From positions 1-62,229 of the forward strand of contig JAZAIZ010000212.1 of the NCBI GenBank assembly GCA_036230545.1: a DNA stretch of 62,229 bases, in the 5' to 3' direction. A program made the translations under genes and the position numbers. This DNA comes from Myxococcota bacterium. GTDB lineage: Bacteria > Myxococcota > XYA12-FULL-58-9 > JABJBS01. How positions within the stretch are numbered: position 1 is the stretch's first letter; every line of letters starts with the position of its first letter. The notes below the pieces were generated by a model, which searched no databases, was not told the DNA's origin, and saw only the letters and a program-made list of their open reading frames with translations. Of this stretch, positions 52,201 through 60,263 are shown piece by piece.

Positions 52201-55200
52201 CGCAGCGCGAAGCGCCAAATCCCCTCCAGCCAGAAGAACCAGGCGTCCCTGCAGCGAGCGACGCTCGCCGGCGGAGGGCTCCGCGTACACGGTCCCCACC
52301 CGCTGCACAGTGAAGCGGCTCCCAACCTCCGGAAACCCACCCGGCGACGCCACGGGGTTAAGAGAGGTATCGCTGCTCAACGGCGCAGGGTTCGCCCCCT
52401 CCGCAGCAAACGAAGCGTTGGCGAGCACATAATCCGCCAAGGCGTTGAGGCTTTGCACATCTGCCAGCTTAAAGTTCTCCGTCTGGGGCAGACCAAAACG
52501 CTCTCGAATGACCGCCAGAATCTCAGCCTGTTTAACAGTGTCGATGCCCAGATCTTCTTCCAAGCCATAATCCGGCTCCAGCTCTTCCACATCGTAGCCG
52601 GTCTGCTCAGCGAAGAGCAGTTGAAGCTCGGTGATAAGACCGGAGCGCTCAGGAACCACACCCCCCTCCCCATTCACTTCGTCTGGGTCCTCCTGCCCTA
52701 ACGCAGGGGCCTCACCTGAAATGGTTGCGGGAGTGCCCCCGGTCTGACTCACAACATAGTCCACCACCGCGTTCAGGGTCTGCACCTCGGAGAGTTTAAA
52801 GTCCTCGTCGGAGGCCATCCCATAGCGGGTGCGCAGGAGCGAGAAGATCTCCGCCTGCTTGACGGTGTCAATGCCGAGGTCTGCCTCCAGTTCATAGCCA
52901 GGATCCAACTCCTCCGGTTCATAGCCGGTCTGCTCCGCGAAGAGATTCACCACCTCCTTGAGGAGATCCGCCCGTGAAGGCAGGTTTCCCTCCTCCTCCA
53001 TCGGGGCGGGCGCGGGCACATCGTGATCAATAAAGCTGGCCACATAGTCTGCCACCGCGCGGATCGTCTGTACCTCCGAGAGTTTGAACGACTCGTCGGT
53101 AGGCATTCCGTAGCGCTCCCGCAGCAGGGAGAAGATCTCCGCCTGCTTGACGGTGTCCACGCCAAGGTCTGCCTCCAATTGATAATCCGGCTCCAGCTCT
53201 TCAGGCTCGTAACCAGTCTGCTCCGCGAAGAGACGTTGAATCTCCTCCATCAGGTTCGCTCCCATCCCACTTGGAGCCTGCGCAACGACGGTGTGAGGCT
53301 CAGAGGCCGCCACCAGCGCCTCGGCTCGCTCGATGAGAGGACCTGCGCTAAGGGATAGGGAAGGCACACTCAATTCACTCACCCGCGCGCCCCCCTTCTC
53401 GGCGACCCGCAGGGTTCGTTTAACGATCTCAAGGCCGGCATCCTCCCGACCACATAAGCTATCTAACCAGGCGTGATAGCGCTCTGCCGACTGGAGGCGG
53501 GCCTCCTCCACCGCACGACGCCGATAGGCCACCATTGCAATCTGCGAACCAAAGCCAGCCGCGAATCGAATCGCGATTTCACGATCGATGGGGCTACCAT
53601 CCGCAAAGAGCAGATCTGCAAAGGCAGGGTCGACCTCCCTTAGATTCGCCACGGCCGGCAGCACCTGTCGCTGCAATCCCTTGAGAGACACCACATCTTC
53701 GAGGGTCGCTCCCATGGGGTGGCCGGTGTATCCTTTGGTGTTGGCGATCAGCACCCGAGCCCCGTGCTCGCCAAAAGCATTTTGAATGGCCTCCATCTCC
53801 GCTTGAGAGCTGCCACCCCGAGCCGGGGTGTAGGTTTCATGGGACATGAAAAAGCTTTTGTCGGCCAGGGTTCCAAGATCGTAGCCGGTTTTAACCTGCA
53901 CCTCTTCAACAAACTCGCTAAACACCTCCGAGATGACCCCACCGTCGAGGCGGGTCCCATGAAACGCACTGTTGGAAAAATGGCTGGCGACCACGTCGGC
54001 AATCCCCTGCATGCCTCTCTCTTCAACCAACGCCTCTCTCTCCAGCACAAAGCCCGAAGCCCCGGCCCCGAGAATCATCCCGTTGCGTTTCGCGCCAAAG
54101 GGCACCGCAGCATCCTCGACCTCCGACTCCACCGTAGCGGCTCCGGTTGCGAGAAAGCCCGAACCAATCCAAGGCAGGGTTGTGGCGCTGGTAACATCAT
54201 CTGCGGTCACCACCACCACCCGGTCACAGCGCCCGAGCCTGATCCAATCTGCAGCAACACCGATAGCCTGCCCCCCGGAGGCACACGCGGCGTTCACCGC
54301 GGTGTTGGGTCCTTTCGCGCCGATGGTCTGAGCCAGCTGGGCGTGGCCCATGGACAGAACCCAAAACAAAAACTTTCGATTAAAGCGATACCGGTCTCCT
54401 TCTCGCTCCAGCTCGTCGATGGTCGGCTGAAAATGGTCCGTCAGCCTCTTCACCTCCTCCGGATCTCCCATCTCAAACGCAAGGGAAGTCACCAGCGTGC
54501 GCAGTTCCTCCGCGGTTCGCCCAGCGTGGCTTGAGGCGGCCTGTCGGGAGACGTCGTCAATGAGCCTGTCGATTCCAGGAAACGCGCTTGCGAAGATCAC
54601 CCCCGTGCGTTTCGCCAAAGGCTCGGGCAAAGCCCAGCGGTCGGGCAGCTGCCGGCCGGTGGAGGTCTTTCGATATTTCCGCACCAGGGGCAACCCGGCG
54701 TCCCGCAATGCGTCAACGCCCGCGGCGATGGCGAGACGACTCGCCGTATCGAGGGCATCCACAAAGCCGCTGTCGAGGCCGTAGTCTCCCACCAGATCGA
54801 TGTCCCCGAGCCGACCCGCCAATTGAATCACCTCACCAAGCTCCTGAAGCTTCTCAAACTCGCCGGTGGTCTTGTTCAAACGCAGGACGTTCTTGTGCAC
54901 GATCTCCTGCCGAGCATCGGCCTGAATCGGCTTGATGAAATTCTCGCCCGCAAGAATCGGCCCAAACGAATCTTCACTCAACTCCCCCACGGGGTTCACG
55001 GTTGGCAGCATCACCGACATTCCGCTGACGCTCAGGGTCTCCTCCGCCTGCGAAGGCGCCGGTGTTGACGTCGGGGCTGGGGACACAGCTTCGTCCCGCA
55101 GCACGGGAATCTCAGCGCTCCTGTCAAATTGCACCGGGAGCCCGGCGGCAGCGAGGGCAGCGAGAGCGTCCATCAGGCACTCGTTCCCGGTCTTTTTGTG

Positions 55201-58200
55201 ATGGTTCGTCGCGACTGCATAATGGGGCCGCTTGCCGAGGATATTCCGCACAAAACCCGTGATAGCGCGACGTGGTCCCACCTCCACAAAAGTCCTGACG
55301 CCCTCCTGATAGAGCCGCTCCACCTGCCCGATGAACTCCACCGGCGACTCCAACTGCCTGGCCAAAAGCGTCACCACTTCATCCACACTCTCGGGATAGG
55401 GCTTGGCGTCGACGTTGGACAGAATGGGACACGTGGGCACCCGAATGTCGAGCCCACCGAGAACACGCGCCAAAGGCTTCGCCGCGGGCGCCACGATCTC
55501 GCTGTGAAAAGCATGAGACACCGGAATATGCCGCGCGTCGATCTTGAACTCCCCAAACCTTTCAACGGCGCTATCCACTGCATCGCTCGCTCCGGCGATC
55601 ACCGTCTGGGAGCTGCAGTTCTTGTTTGCCGCGATCACATACCCCTCGACGGTCTGCAAGATCTCCTCCACCCGCTCAGAGTCTGCTGCGACGGTGGCCA
55701 TTTTTCCGTTGTCCTCCACCTTGACCCCGGCCATCTCCCGACCGCGGGCGCTCACCGCGTAGAGGGCATCCGCGAAGGTCAGCACCCCCGCCGCCACGCA
55801 GGCCGCATACTCTCCAAGAGAGTGCCCCACGACAAAATCGGGGCGCACACCAAAAGACTGCAGGAGCCGCATCATGGCCACATCCGCGGTCAACATCGCC
55901 GGCTGGCAAATCTCGGTCTGCTTCAATCGCTCCGCCGCCTCGGGAGAGTCTGGAGCCAGATCCGAGGGCCACACGGTTTCCGTCAGGGTGCCCTCGATCA
56001 GCGGCCTGAGGATATCATCCGCCTCCCGAAAAGTCTGCTCCACCACCGGATAAGTCCCGGCAAGATCTTGAAACATGTTGATGTATTGGGAGCCCTGGCC
56101 AGGAAAGAGGAAGGCCACCTTGGAGTCGGAAGGGGCCGCCTCATCGAGATAAATCCCTTGAGCGGTGAGCGCCCGTTGCCGGCGTCGCTCCGCATCGACA
56201 GCTTTGGTCTGTGCCTGCTTAAGATCTGCGGCTGCGAAAGCCAATCGTACGGGCGCTTTGATGGCCACGTCCCGCGTAGCCACCAGCTGACTTGAGAAGC
56301 CACTGGCATCATTCAAGGTCTGTTGCGCTGTCTTCAGCACCGCCTCCCGAGAGTCTGCGCCAAACACAAACACCGCGGGACTCTCCAGGGGCTCACCTGC
56401 GGCCTCCTCCGCATCGTCGGGTGCCCTCCGGGTTGCGGCCACGTAGTCCACCACGGCGTTGAGGGTCTGAACATCGGCCAGGCGAAAGCTCTCATCGCGG
56501 ACCATTCCGTAACGCTCGCGGAGCACTCCAAAAATCTCAGCCTGCTTCACCGTGTCGATGCCAAGGTCTTGCTCAAGCTCATAACCCGGATCAAGCTCCT
56601 CAAGGTCATAGCCGGTGGTGTCAGCGAAGAGTTGTGTAACCTCCTGCAGCAATTGATCGCGATTCATGTCAACTCCGTGGGAAGGGCCGCGACCGGGCGC
56701 GACGGGGGGAATAGATTGTGGAGAGGGAGCCACCGGAGCAGTTGGAGGAATGGACTCCTCCAAGAGAGGCCCCCTCCCACTCTCTTCGAGGACCACATGA
56801 AAATTGGTGCCCCCAAAGCCAAAGGCGCTGACTCCCGCGCGGCGAGGAAGGCCGGTCTCTTCCCAGGGACGAGCGGTCTGAATCACCGACAGAAACCCCT
56901 GGTGCAGGGGCGACTCCCTGGTGGGCGAGTGAACGTTGGCGCTGGGGGGAAGGGTCTTGTGATGCAGCGCAAGGGCAGTCTTGATGAGAGCCGCCGCGCC
57001 GGCCGCGCTCTTGAGGTGGCCGATCATGGACTTGACCGAGCCAATGGGTGTTTTGGCCGGCGCCACCCCCGACTCCTGAATATAGTCCGAGAGCACCTGC
57101 AGCTCGGTCCCGTCCCCAACCACGGTGGACGTGCCATGGGCTTCAAAGAGCCCCACAGACTCCACGGGCACCCCACAAGACTGGTAGGCCCGCTCAATGG
57201 CGGCGCGCTGTCCACGGGGATTGGGAGCGGTCATCCCCTTACCCCGTCCGTCGCTGGCGGTGCCGACACCCCGAATCACAGCATACACCCGGTCACCGTC
57301 CCGCAAGGCGTCGGGCAGGCGCTTGAGGATCAACACCCCCGCTCCTTCCCCCATCACAAAACCGTTGGCCCGAGCGTCAAAGGGGGCGCTGTGCTCCGCG
57401 GAGAGGGCACCAATCTTTGAAAACTTCGCGTAGGTAGGAGGATCCATAGACCGGTCCACTCCACCGCTGATGGCCAAATCGTACTCCCCAAGCCTCAATC
57501 CCTGCACCGCGGTGTTCACCGCCGCCAGAGAGGCCGCGCAGGCTGCATCGGTGGTGTAATTGGGGCCCCGCAGGTCAAAGGTGTTGGCGATGCGTCCGGT
57601 GATGCAGTTGGAGAGTTCCCCGGGCATGGAGTCTTCGGTGACCTTTGGCAGCCGGGACTTAAAACGCGCCTCGATGTCCTGCAAGAGTTCCTCTTTGCCC
57701 GTGTCGGGGAGATGCTTCAGGGCGCCACTCTTTTCGAGAGCGTCCACCATGGACGGGTACCAGACGCGCAGACTGGTCAAGTCTTCAAACTCGCCCCCCA
57801 TGGCGTTACCCATGATCACAGCGGTCCTCTCGCGGTCAAAGGCACGGCCCTCCACCCCACGCCCGGCGAAGACCTCGAGGCCGGCATCTTCAAGGGCGTC
57901 AGCCACCGCGGTCAGGGCGATCTTTTGAATGTCGTCCACGGACTCCAGGGTACGAGGCGGAATGCGGAAACGTTTTTTGTCGAAGCGAACTTCATCGATA
58001 AACCCACCGATTCGAGAGTAGGTTCGGTCCGGCGCGCTGCGATCCTCCGACCAATAGAGTCGAGGCTCCCACCGGGACTCGGGGACCTCTTTAATCGCCA
58101 CATGCCCGCGACAGATATTCTCCCAAAAAGACGGAACATCCCCCGCGTCGGGAAAGCATCCCCCCATCCCGATAATTGCAACCCCAACGTCTCGTTCAGC

Positions 58201-58251
58201 ATCGTATCGACTCGTCACGCTCTCACTCCAACCCATACGGTGAGCCGTCAT
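49201..58251 (-). CDS. Iterative type I polyketide / PUFA-synthase-like megasynthase, 3016 aa: KS-CP-AT-KS-CP-CP-CP-KR-DH-PPTase
   Basis: Single uninterrupted frame.
- KS1: DAACASSLAAV, HGTSTVVGD, GHLKSAAG.
- AT: FPGQGSQY, GHSLGEY, SHAFHS.
- KS2: NAACASGG, SHETYT, GHPMGA.
- Four carrier-like domains: DLG(I/V)DTVKQAEI.
- KR: VVTGGTRG, YAAAK.
- DH: HHRLEGTPVFP (HxxxGxxxxP).
- PPTase: GIDVEQI, FWAIKEAYLKGLG. Confidence 0.9.
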   Translation of the reverse strand: MTAHRMGWSESVTSRYDAERDVGVAIIGMGGCFPDAGDVPSFWENICRGHVAIKEVPESRWEPRLYWSEDRSAPDRTYSRIGGFIDEVRFDKKRFRIPPRTLESVDDIQKIALTAVADALEDAGLEVFAGRGVEGRAFDRERTAVIMGNAMGGEFEDLTSLRVWYPSMVDALEKSGALKHLPDTGKEELLQDIEARFKSRLPKVTEDSMPGELSNCITGRIANTFDLRGPNYTTDAACAASLAAVNTAVQGLRLGEYDLAISGGVDRSMDPPTYAKFSKIGALSAEHSAPFDARANGFVMGEGAGVLILKRLPDALRDGDRVYAVIRGVGTASDGRGKGMTAPNPRGQRAAIERAYQSCGVPVESVGLFEAHGTSTVVGDGTELQVLSDYIQESGVAPAKTPIGSVKSMIGHLKSAAGAAALIKTALALHHKTLPPSANVHSPTRESPLHQGFLSVIQTARPWEETGLPRRAGVSAFGFGGTNFHVVLEESGRGPLLEESIPPTAPVAPSPQSIPPVAPGRGPSHGVDMNRDQLLQEVTQLFADTTGYDLEELDPGYELEQDLGIDTVKQAEIFGVLRERYGMVRDESFRLADVQTLNAVVDYVAATRRAPDDAEEAAGEPLESPAVFVFGADSREAVLKTAQQTLNDASGFSSQLVATRDVAIKAPVRLAFAAADLKQAQTKAVDAERRRQRALTAQGIYLDEAAPSDSKVAFLFPGQGSQYINMFQDLAGTYPVVEQTFREADDILRPLIEGTLTETVWPSDLAPDSPEAAERLKQTEICQPAMLTADVAMMRLLQSFGVRPDFVVGHSLGEYAACVAAGVLTFADALYAVSARGREMAGVKVEDNGKMATVAADSERVEEILQTVEGYVIAANKNCSSQTVIAGASDAVDSAVERFGEFKIDARHIPVSHAFHSEIVAPAAKPLARVLGGLDIRVPTCPILSNVDAKPYPESVDEVVTLLARQLESPVEFIGQVERLYQEGVRTFVEVGPRRAITGFVRNILGKRPHYAVATNHHKKTGNECLMDALAALAAAGLPVQFDRSAEIPVLRDEAVSPAPTSTPAPSQAEETLSVSGMSVMLPTVNPVGELSEDSFGPILAGENFIKPIQADARQEIVHKNVLRLNKTTGEFEKLQELGEVIQLAGRLGDIDLVGDYGLDSGFVDALDTASRLAIAAGVDALRDAGLPLVRKYRKTSTGRQLPDRWALPEPLAKRTGVIFASAFPGIDRLIDDVSRQAASSHAGRTAEELRTLVTSLAFEMGDPEEVKRLTDHFQPTIDELEREGDRYRFNRKFLFWVLSMGHAQLAQTIGAKGPNTAVNAACASGGQAIGVAADWIRLGRCDRVVVVTADDVTSATTLPWIGSGFLATGAATVESEVEDAAVPFGAKRNGMILGAGASGFVLEREALVEERGMQGIADVVASHFSNSAFHGTRLDGGVISEVFSEFVEEVQVKTGYDLGTLADKSFFMSHETYTPARGGSSQAEMEAIQNAFGEHGARVLIANTKGYTGHPMGATLEDVVSLKGLQRQVLPAVANLREVDPAFADLLFADGSPIDREIAIRFAAGFGSQIAMVAYRRRAVEEARLQSAERYHAWLDSLCGREDAGLEIVKRTLRVAEKGGARVSELSVPSLSLSAGPLIERAEALVAASEPHTVVAQAPSGMGANLMEEIQRLFAEQTGYEPEELEPDYQLEADLGVDTVKQAEIFSLLRERYGMPTDESFKLSEVQTIRAVADYVASFIDHDVPAPAPMEEEGNLPSRADLLKEVVNLFAEQTGYEPEELDPGYELEADLGIDTVKQAEIFSLLRTRYGMASDEDFKLSEVQTLNAVVDYVVSQTGGTPATISGEAPALGQEDPDEVNGEGGVVPERSGLITELQLLFAEQTGYDVEELEPDYGLEEDLGIDTVKQAEILAVIRERFGLPQTENFKLADVQSLNALADYVLANASFAAEGANPAPLSSDTSLNPVASPGGFPEVGSRFTVQRVGTVYAEPSAGERRSLQGRLVLLAGGDLALRAAFREELSAREARVVEVDDALSGEALEAFMQHLGERAPDDLVSLVNVAQTDTPDSIRGHVERTFELARAFVRVRGEMRGAGLLLAGSSPGAFGFGEEGVSGVTLGALGGIAKSLAKEWEGAHCRAFDLDDISDEPRQSAALALSEWLSEGPVELAWWKGARVALQRVAVVEEPEWTLDPGAAVVVTGGTRGVTFELLKHIASQGPLRVALVARTLGVTPAESPIHGKDAAQRKEIAREALSDSEGRVTPVALREWVEKEERRLEVAENIATLRSLGCEVEVFPCDVVDQEALSAVAGEISGRFGSVALLLHGAGLEESKFLHDKDMVAFQRVFAPKASAALTLWFALRPERMVTMGSVAGRFGNGAQVDYAAAKELMGALSRSEKRNILNLNWTAWGDVGMATRGSVQQVLESTGVDLLPAATGAALGASLAASGCSGDVVVAGALGHFAAPEQEAPRLYQEGEPLPWLFDAWERQGEGACYFRRLDPAQDLGLDHHRLEGTPVFPGVLGVELMAGAASHFAGEPIAELREVRFALPVKLFEDRPLEISVEVKRLEDSRFETVLVSYFTKPSGKRLRREHFFAEACGGARVPLESPVARGLELPRDPQISREDIYRRDFDGPVFQVLDAVSVLGEDGVEVSPVERRSPWLGEHGHGEFETSPFLREVGFQAAGLWEMAELGRMALPAGVDRILLSPEPAPEGGLRTLVRLREGGGADAVFDIWTCDEDGRCFDQMLGYRTETLHRLPPEDRFEPARGSGDGAPWSALELSEVEGMLEADPSGTLRRYLSEKEIPRFEGLKTPKRRLEWLAGRIVAKRLIREERFAREGAIVPYGAITILPDDLGAPQVRVAGEASEPLRVSISHSAGVAMAFQSLEKNQRPGIDVEQIESRDTSFERDYFSEAELDQVRRASNKDALLTAFWAIKEAYLKGLGIGARIDFRELEVTEEAGRWSVTQRGEAREEAIRRCAGEPTIEVEMEDDRVIARVLLPLNEASATSASF
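49204..49890 (-). other. PKS domain: C-terminal 4'-phosphopantetheinyl transferase (approximate bounds)
   Basis: LAGRIVAKR, VSISHSAGVAMA, GIDVEQI and FWAIKEAYLKGLG match PPTase (Sfp/EntD superfamily) motifs. Confidence 0.7.
49960..50820 (-). other. PKS domain: PKS-type double-hotdog dehydratase (approximate bounds)
   Basis: LDHHRLEGTPVFPGVLGVELM (HxxxGxxxxP) followed by about 250 aa of hotdog-like sequence. Confidence 0.65.
50930..52330 (-). other. PKS domain: ketoreductase with N-terminal structural subdomain (approximate bounds)
   Basis: AVVVTGGTRGVTFEL Rossmann motif, ...HGAGL..., VDYAAAKE catalytic Tyr-xxx-Lys. Confidence 0.75.
52417..53260 (-). repeat. Tandem triplicated carrier-domain repeat (periods 288 and 327 nt) inside the PKS gene
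   Basis: Three consecutive copies of ...LFAEQTGY(E/D)xEEL(E/D)P(D/G)Y.LE.DLG(I/V)DTVKQAEI..., with long near-identical nucleotide stretches. Thr codons at 53152-53154, 52864-52866 and 52537-52539. Confidence 0.85.
53620..55035 (-). other. PKS domain: ketosynthase 2 (FabF-like, Cys-His-His retained; approximate bounds)
   Basis: LSVSGMSVMLP ... ALDTASRLAIAAGVDALRDAGL ... VNAACASGGQA ... MSHETYTP ... KGYTGHPMGA. Confidence 0.75.
55140..56120 (-). other. PKS domain: acyltransferase (malonyl-CoA:ACP transacylase type; approximate bounds)
   Basis: VAFLFPGQGSQY, VVGHSLGEYAA, PVSHAFHS. Confidence 0.8.
56431..56655 (-). other. PKS domain: carrier-protein-like domain 1, Thr567 at the canonical Ser position (approximate bounds)
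   Basis: LLQEVTQLFADTTGYDLEELDPGYELEQDLGIDTVKQAEIFGVLRERYGM. Thr codon ACG at 56551-56553. Confidence 0.7.
56783..58191 (-). other. PKS domain: ketosynthase 1 (approximate bounds)
   Basis: VAIIGMGGCFP ... DAACASSL ... HGTSTVVGD ... GHLKSAAG ... GFGGTNFHVVLEE. Confidence 0.8.
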
Positions 58252-58975
58252 TCATCCTGACATGCCTACCGGTTAGCAACACCCGGGGCTCCTGTAGCTC
58301 CCGGATCCTGACGCTCTTTCTGCCGGCAACCTGTGCCGATCCCATTGTGCGAAAACGCTCCAGACCCTGCACAGACGCGCTCCCGAAGGACACAAGCCCT
58401 CGAAAGCTCCTGAGCATAAAGCGCTCTCACAGCATGAACCATGCGGCTTGCCCATGGTTCGTTTCTCCAGCGCACTCCAGCGCCGTCTGCAGGATAAGCA
58501 AGAGCCATACCATGCAAGCTAAGGGAGCCAACCAACGCGACTAAGAGCTGAAGTTGACTAATTTGTCGAATTATTTTTGGACGCGGAGCAAGCCTGCTCG
58601 CCCGCGCCCCGCAAAATTCCGCTGCGAAGTGGAAGACGAATCAGCATTCAGTAAACCCTCTTCCTGAAGGCACCTCCCGCTGTTCACCATGAGCAATCCC
58701 CTTGAATCCCCAAACGAAAAACCAAACCCGAAGGAACGCTGCGTCCAGAAGGTGCGTATCTTCCTTCACACTCTCCTCTCGATGCTGCGTCGGGCCATCA
58801 TCAACGAGGGGATGTTGACACCCCTTGGGGCCTTGGTTACCGTGCCCTGAAACCTTTATGAGGAAGCAGGAATGCCAACACCCCGCCCTGAAGTGACCCG
58901 CGACGCCCTCATGCTAAAGGGCGCAAAGGAGCTTGAGCGGAGGCATCCCGGTATTCAAGAATGGAGACTGCCGCC

Positions 58976-59689
58976 ATGCTGAAGCTCTGCCCCGTTGTTG
59001 TCTGGTCACTCCCGCTGCTCCTCCTGCTCAGCGCCTGCGCGGGCCCCCCGGCCCCCGGGGTGCTCTTTGGCCCCACCCAGCCGGTCACCGCCGCCGACTA
59101 CGACACCATCCTTAAGACCTGGACTCGCAGCACACGCATCTATGATGGGCTGGACACCAAGGCCTTCATCACCGCCACCTTTCACGCCCCGGAGTTCAGA
59201 CGGGTCTTCGCCCTGGCTTTTCCGGACATCTACGGTCACGGCGGCGACGTCACCCGACGGGAGCTCGTGGACCTCACTGAAGACGTCGAGCAATACCTCA
59301 ACTTTTTCGTGGCCCTCTACACCCCGGACCGAAAATGGAACGATCTCGCCAAAAACGATTCTATCTGGCGCCTGACTCTGACCGGCAATCATGAAGTCTC
59401 GGTGGCTCCGGTGGAGGTCGTCCCAGTGAAGATTGATGAGAACCTGCGAGCGGTCTACCCGCACCTTGGCAGGTTTGACCAAGTCTACATCGTTCGCTTT
59501 CCCCTGGCCGATCCCATGGGACGCCTGGTCCTGCATCCCTCCAGCGAAGGGTTCAGCCTCAGGCTGGCCAGCGCCCTGGGACACAGCCTGCTGAGTTGGG
59601 AGCTCCAGCCCCCCAGTGGCGACGCCACCTACCAAAAGCGCTACCCCCTCAAGATCAGCAGCTCAAGCCCCATTAGCGAATACCCCTGA
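58976..59689 (+). CDS. Hypothetical lipoprotein
   Basis: MLKLCPVVVWSLPLLLLLSAC (signal peptide plus lipobox). About 237 aa. No catalytic motif recognised. Confidence 0.5.
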   Translation: MLKLCPVVVWSLPLLLLLSACAGPPAPGVLFGPTQPVTAADYDTILKTWTRSTRIYDGLDTKAFITATFHAPEFRRVFALAFPDIYGHGGDVTRRELVDLTEDVEQYLNFFVALYTPDRKWNDLAKNDSIWRLTLTGNHEVSVAPVEVVPVKIDENLRAVYPHLGRFDQVYIVRFPLADPMGRLVLHPSSEGFSLRLASALGHSLLSWELQPPSGDATYQKRYPLKISSSSPISEYP

Positions 59690-59899
59690 CCCCGGAATTT
59701 CCGGGCATCACCGGGCCTTTCATCCATAAAAACATGCTTCTTCAAACAGAGTTCGCCGGGTCAAGGCCTGCGATCGGAGCCACGGACAAGTTGACTTCCG
59801 AGCCCACAGATTGCCTCCGGTGGCTTGCATTCTGCCGCATCCCCCTCCATATTGCGGTCGACCGTGAAACTCTATGAACCTAAAGGACGAGAAGACCCG

Positions 59900-60226
59900 A
59901 TGAGCGAAGCCGTATTACACGTCACCGACGATGGATTTGAAACCGACGTCATCAACGCAACTCAACTGACCCTGGTGGATTTCTGGGCCGAGTGGTGTGG
60001 CCCCTGCCGCGCGCTGACCCCAATCATCAATGAAGTAGCCGAGACCTATGCGGGTAAGGTGCGTGTCGCCAAGATGAACATCGACGAAAACCCCGGCACC
60101 CCCGGAAAATACTCCATTCGCGCCATCCCCACCATGTTGCTCTTCAAAAACGGTGAAGTGGCTGAAGAGCTGGTTGGGCTTGTGACCAAAGCCAAATTGG
60201 ATGAGGTCATCACCAAGCACCTCTAA
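59900..60226 (+). CDS. trxA: Thioredoxin
   Basis: 108 aa. LVDFWAEWCGPCRAL ... IRAIPTMLLFKNGE. Confidence 0.92.
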   Translation: MSEAVLHVTDDGFETDVINATQLTLVDFWAEWCGPCRALTPIINEVAETYAGKVRVAKMNIDENPGTPGKYSIRAIPTMLLFKNGEVAEELVGLVTKAKLDEVITKHL

Positions 60227-60263
60227 TCCCCCCAAACGCCTTTCAGGCAACTAAACGCTCCAC

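Noticed and set aside
49201-58251. Interpreting the megasynthase as an enediyne PKSE because of KR-DH-PPTase at the C-terminus
   Set aside because: No enediyne cassette genes (the conserved unknowns and the dedicated thioesterase) are nearby. The extra KS and the tandem carrier array do not fit PKSE.
49615-58260. Many plus-strand ORFs (e.g. 51712..52701, 53719..54534, 55129..56295, 56323..57420) opposite the megasynthase
   Set aside because: All are antisense to one uninterrupted 9051-nt frame with clear KS/AT/KR/DH/PPTase motifs. Their compositions are Arg/Pro/Gly/His-rich.
58176-58544. Overlapping ORFs in several frames (58176..58544 +, 58223..58417 -, 58266..58535 -, 58273..58455 -) just upstream of the megasynthase
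   Set aside because: They are mutually exclusive overlapping frames with Arg/Cys/Ser-rich translations and no SD. Treated as non-coding leader.
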